DNA of 33,954 nt, from contig CAZTMY010000001.1 in assembly GCA_964614895.1 (NCBI GenBank), positions 1-33,954 of the forward strand. The letters are read 5' to 3'. Position 1 is the first letter of the stretch. Every line of letters starts with the position of its first letter. Under the pieces are notes generated by a model that saw only the letters and a list, made by a program, of their open reading frames with translations, ran no database searches and was not told the origin of the DNA. Below are positions 33,304 to 33,954 of the stretch, piece after piece. The DNA comes from an uncultured Anaerolineales bacterium. Its GTDB lineage: Bacteria; Chloroflexota; Anaerolineae; UBA1429. Both the position numbers and the translations under genes were made by a program.

Positions 33304-33954
33304 ATGAACCAACGCCAACGCATGCTCGCCGTCATCCGCGGCGAGCCGCTCGATCAGGTCCCCTTTGTGCAGTATGACAACATGTGCGCGCCCAACGAGA
33401 TCATCTGGCAAGCCTTGGGCGCCAATAGCATGGGCGTGCTCCGGTGGACCACGGTTCATCGCGTGGAGCATCCGCACTGCCGGTTCGTTACCGAGGAGGC
33501 CCTGATTGATGGCAAGCCCGGCTGGCGTGACACGCTCATCACGCCAGCGGGCACGCTCACCCAGGAACGCGTGCGTGTGAGTGGGCTGGGCGTCAGCGCC
33601 TACGCCAAGCATTATGTCGAGTCGCTGTCCGACTATGCACTCGTACGCGCCTACCTGCGCGACGCCATCGTGCTTCCAGACATAGAGCCCACCGTCAGGG
33701 CGCACCGTGAGCTAGGGGATCATGGACTCCCTCACGTCGCCCTAACGCGCACGCCCTACCAGCAGATGTGGGTCCAGTGGGTGGCCCTCACTGACTTTTG
33801 CCTGCACCTAGCGGACGATCCCGGCATCGTCGGCGAGTGCATGGATCTGATGGGCCAAGAGGTGCTGAGGATAGCCGAGATCGCTCGCCAGGCGTCTCGT
33901 GAGACGCTGATCCCTTACGTGGATATGCCAGACAATATCACAGCAGGCCCCATT
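33304..33954 (+). CDS. URO-D family protein, paralogue 3 (3' end outside the window; not in the supplied ORF track)
   Basis: My translation from the ATG at 33304 (AGGAG 8 nt upstream) stays open for 217 codons to the window end: MNQRQRMLAVIRGEPLDQVPFVQYDNMCAPNEIIWQALG...YVDMPDNITAGPI. The N-terminal R....L.GEP.D.VP and (Y/F).(E/D)M......P segments parallel paralogues 1 and 2. Confidence 0.7.
   Translation, partial: MNQRQRMLAVIRGEPLDQVPFVQYDNMCAPNEIIWQALGANSMGVLRWTTVHRVEHPHCRFVTEEALIDGKPGWRDTLITPAGTLTQERVRVSGLGVSAYAKHYVESLSDYALVRAYLRDAIVLPDIEPTVRAHRELGDHGLPHVALTRTPYQQMWVQWVALTDFCLHLADDPGIVGECMDLMGQEVLRIAEIARQASRETLIPYVDMPDNITAGPI

Noticed and set aside
33199-33705. 168-aa minus-strand ORF, the only track ORF covering the right end of the window
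   Set aside because: Its sequence is Arg/Gly/Ala-rich with no recognisable fold. The opposite (+) strand frame from the ATG at 33304 has an SD, stays open to the window edge and is clearly paralogous to the two URO-D-like proteins. The minus-strand ORF is a high-GC antisense shadow.
1-33954. Search for mobile-element or defence hallmarks: integrase/transposase/recombinase ORFs, terminal inverted repeats, tRNA-flanked islands, toxin-antitoxin pairs, restriction-modification, reverse transcriptase, cas genes
   Set aside because: None of the ORFs in any frame showed such signatures by eye. The accessory character of 9.5-34 kb rests on gene content only, not on mobility features.

Overview
High-GC, gene-dense bacterial chromosomal window. 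I found no rRNA, tRNA, CRISPR array, integrase or IS element. The phylum cannot be fixed from sequence alone. Cytoplasmic sulfatases, multiple URO-D-family paralogues, a lipoprotein SBP with a VEKE-type linker and a near-leaderless promoter would fit a monoderm Chloroflexota-like organism, but that is a guess. Left part (1-9520): the 3' end of glnA, an MFS transporter, a split dTDP-rhamnose gene set (rfbC, then an rfbD-GT2-GT2 operon) interrupted by an opposite-strand amidase-mtnA pair, and a 7TM-PAS-GGDEF diguanylate cyclase. The rest (9571-33954) looks like an accessory carbohydrate locus. It holds three Cys-type (CxPxR) sulfatases without signal peptides and three URO-D-family paralogues (one runs off the 3' edge and is absent from the ORF track). 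It also holds a five-gene Opp/Dpp-type ABC importer with an unusually large lipoprotein SBP, a GH78-like alpha-L-rhamnosidase and a 702-aa uncharacterised TIM-barrel-like putative glycosidase. An orphan ABC-exporter membrane domain, a DRG/TGS-type GTPase and an OsmC-family protein are interspersed. The main hypothesis is a cytoplasmic sulfated (rhamnose-containing) oligosaccharide utilisation system, in which the repeatedly co-located URO-D-like proteins are the undescribed component. A short decayed fragment resembling a pterin-binding methyltransferase hints at methyl-transfer chemistry. All functional calls rest on my reading of the translated ORFs and remembered family motifs; no searches were run.
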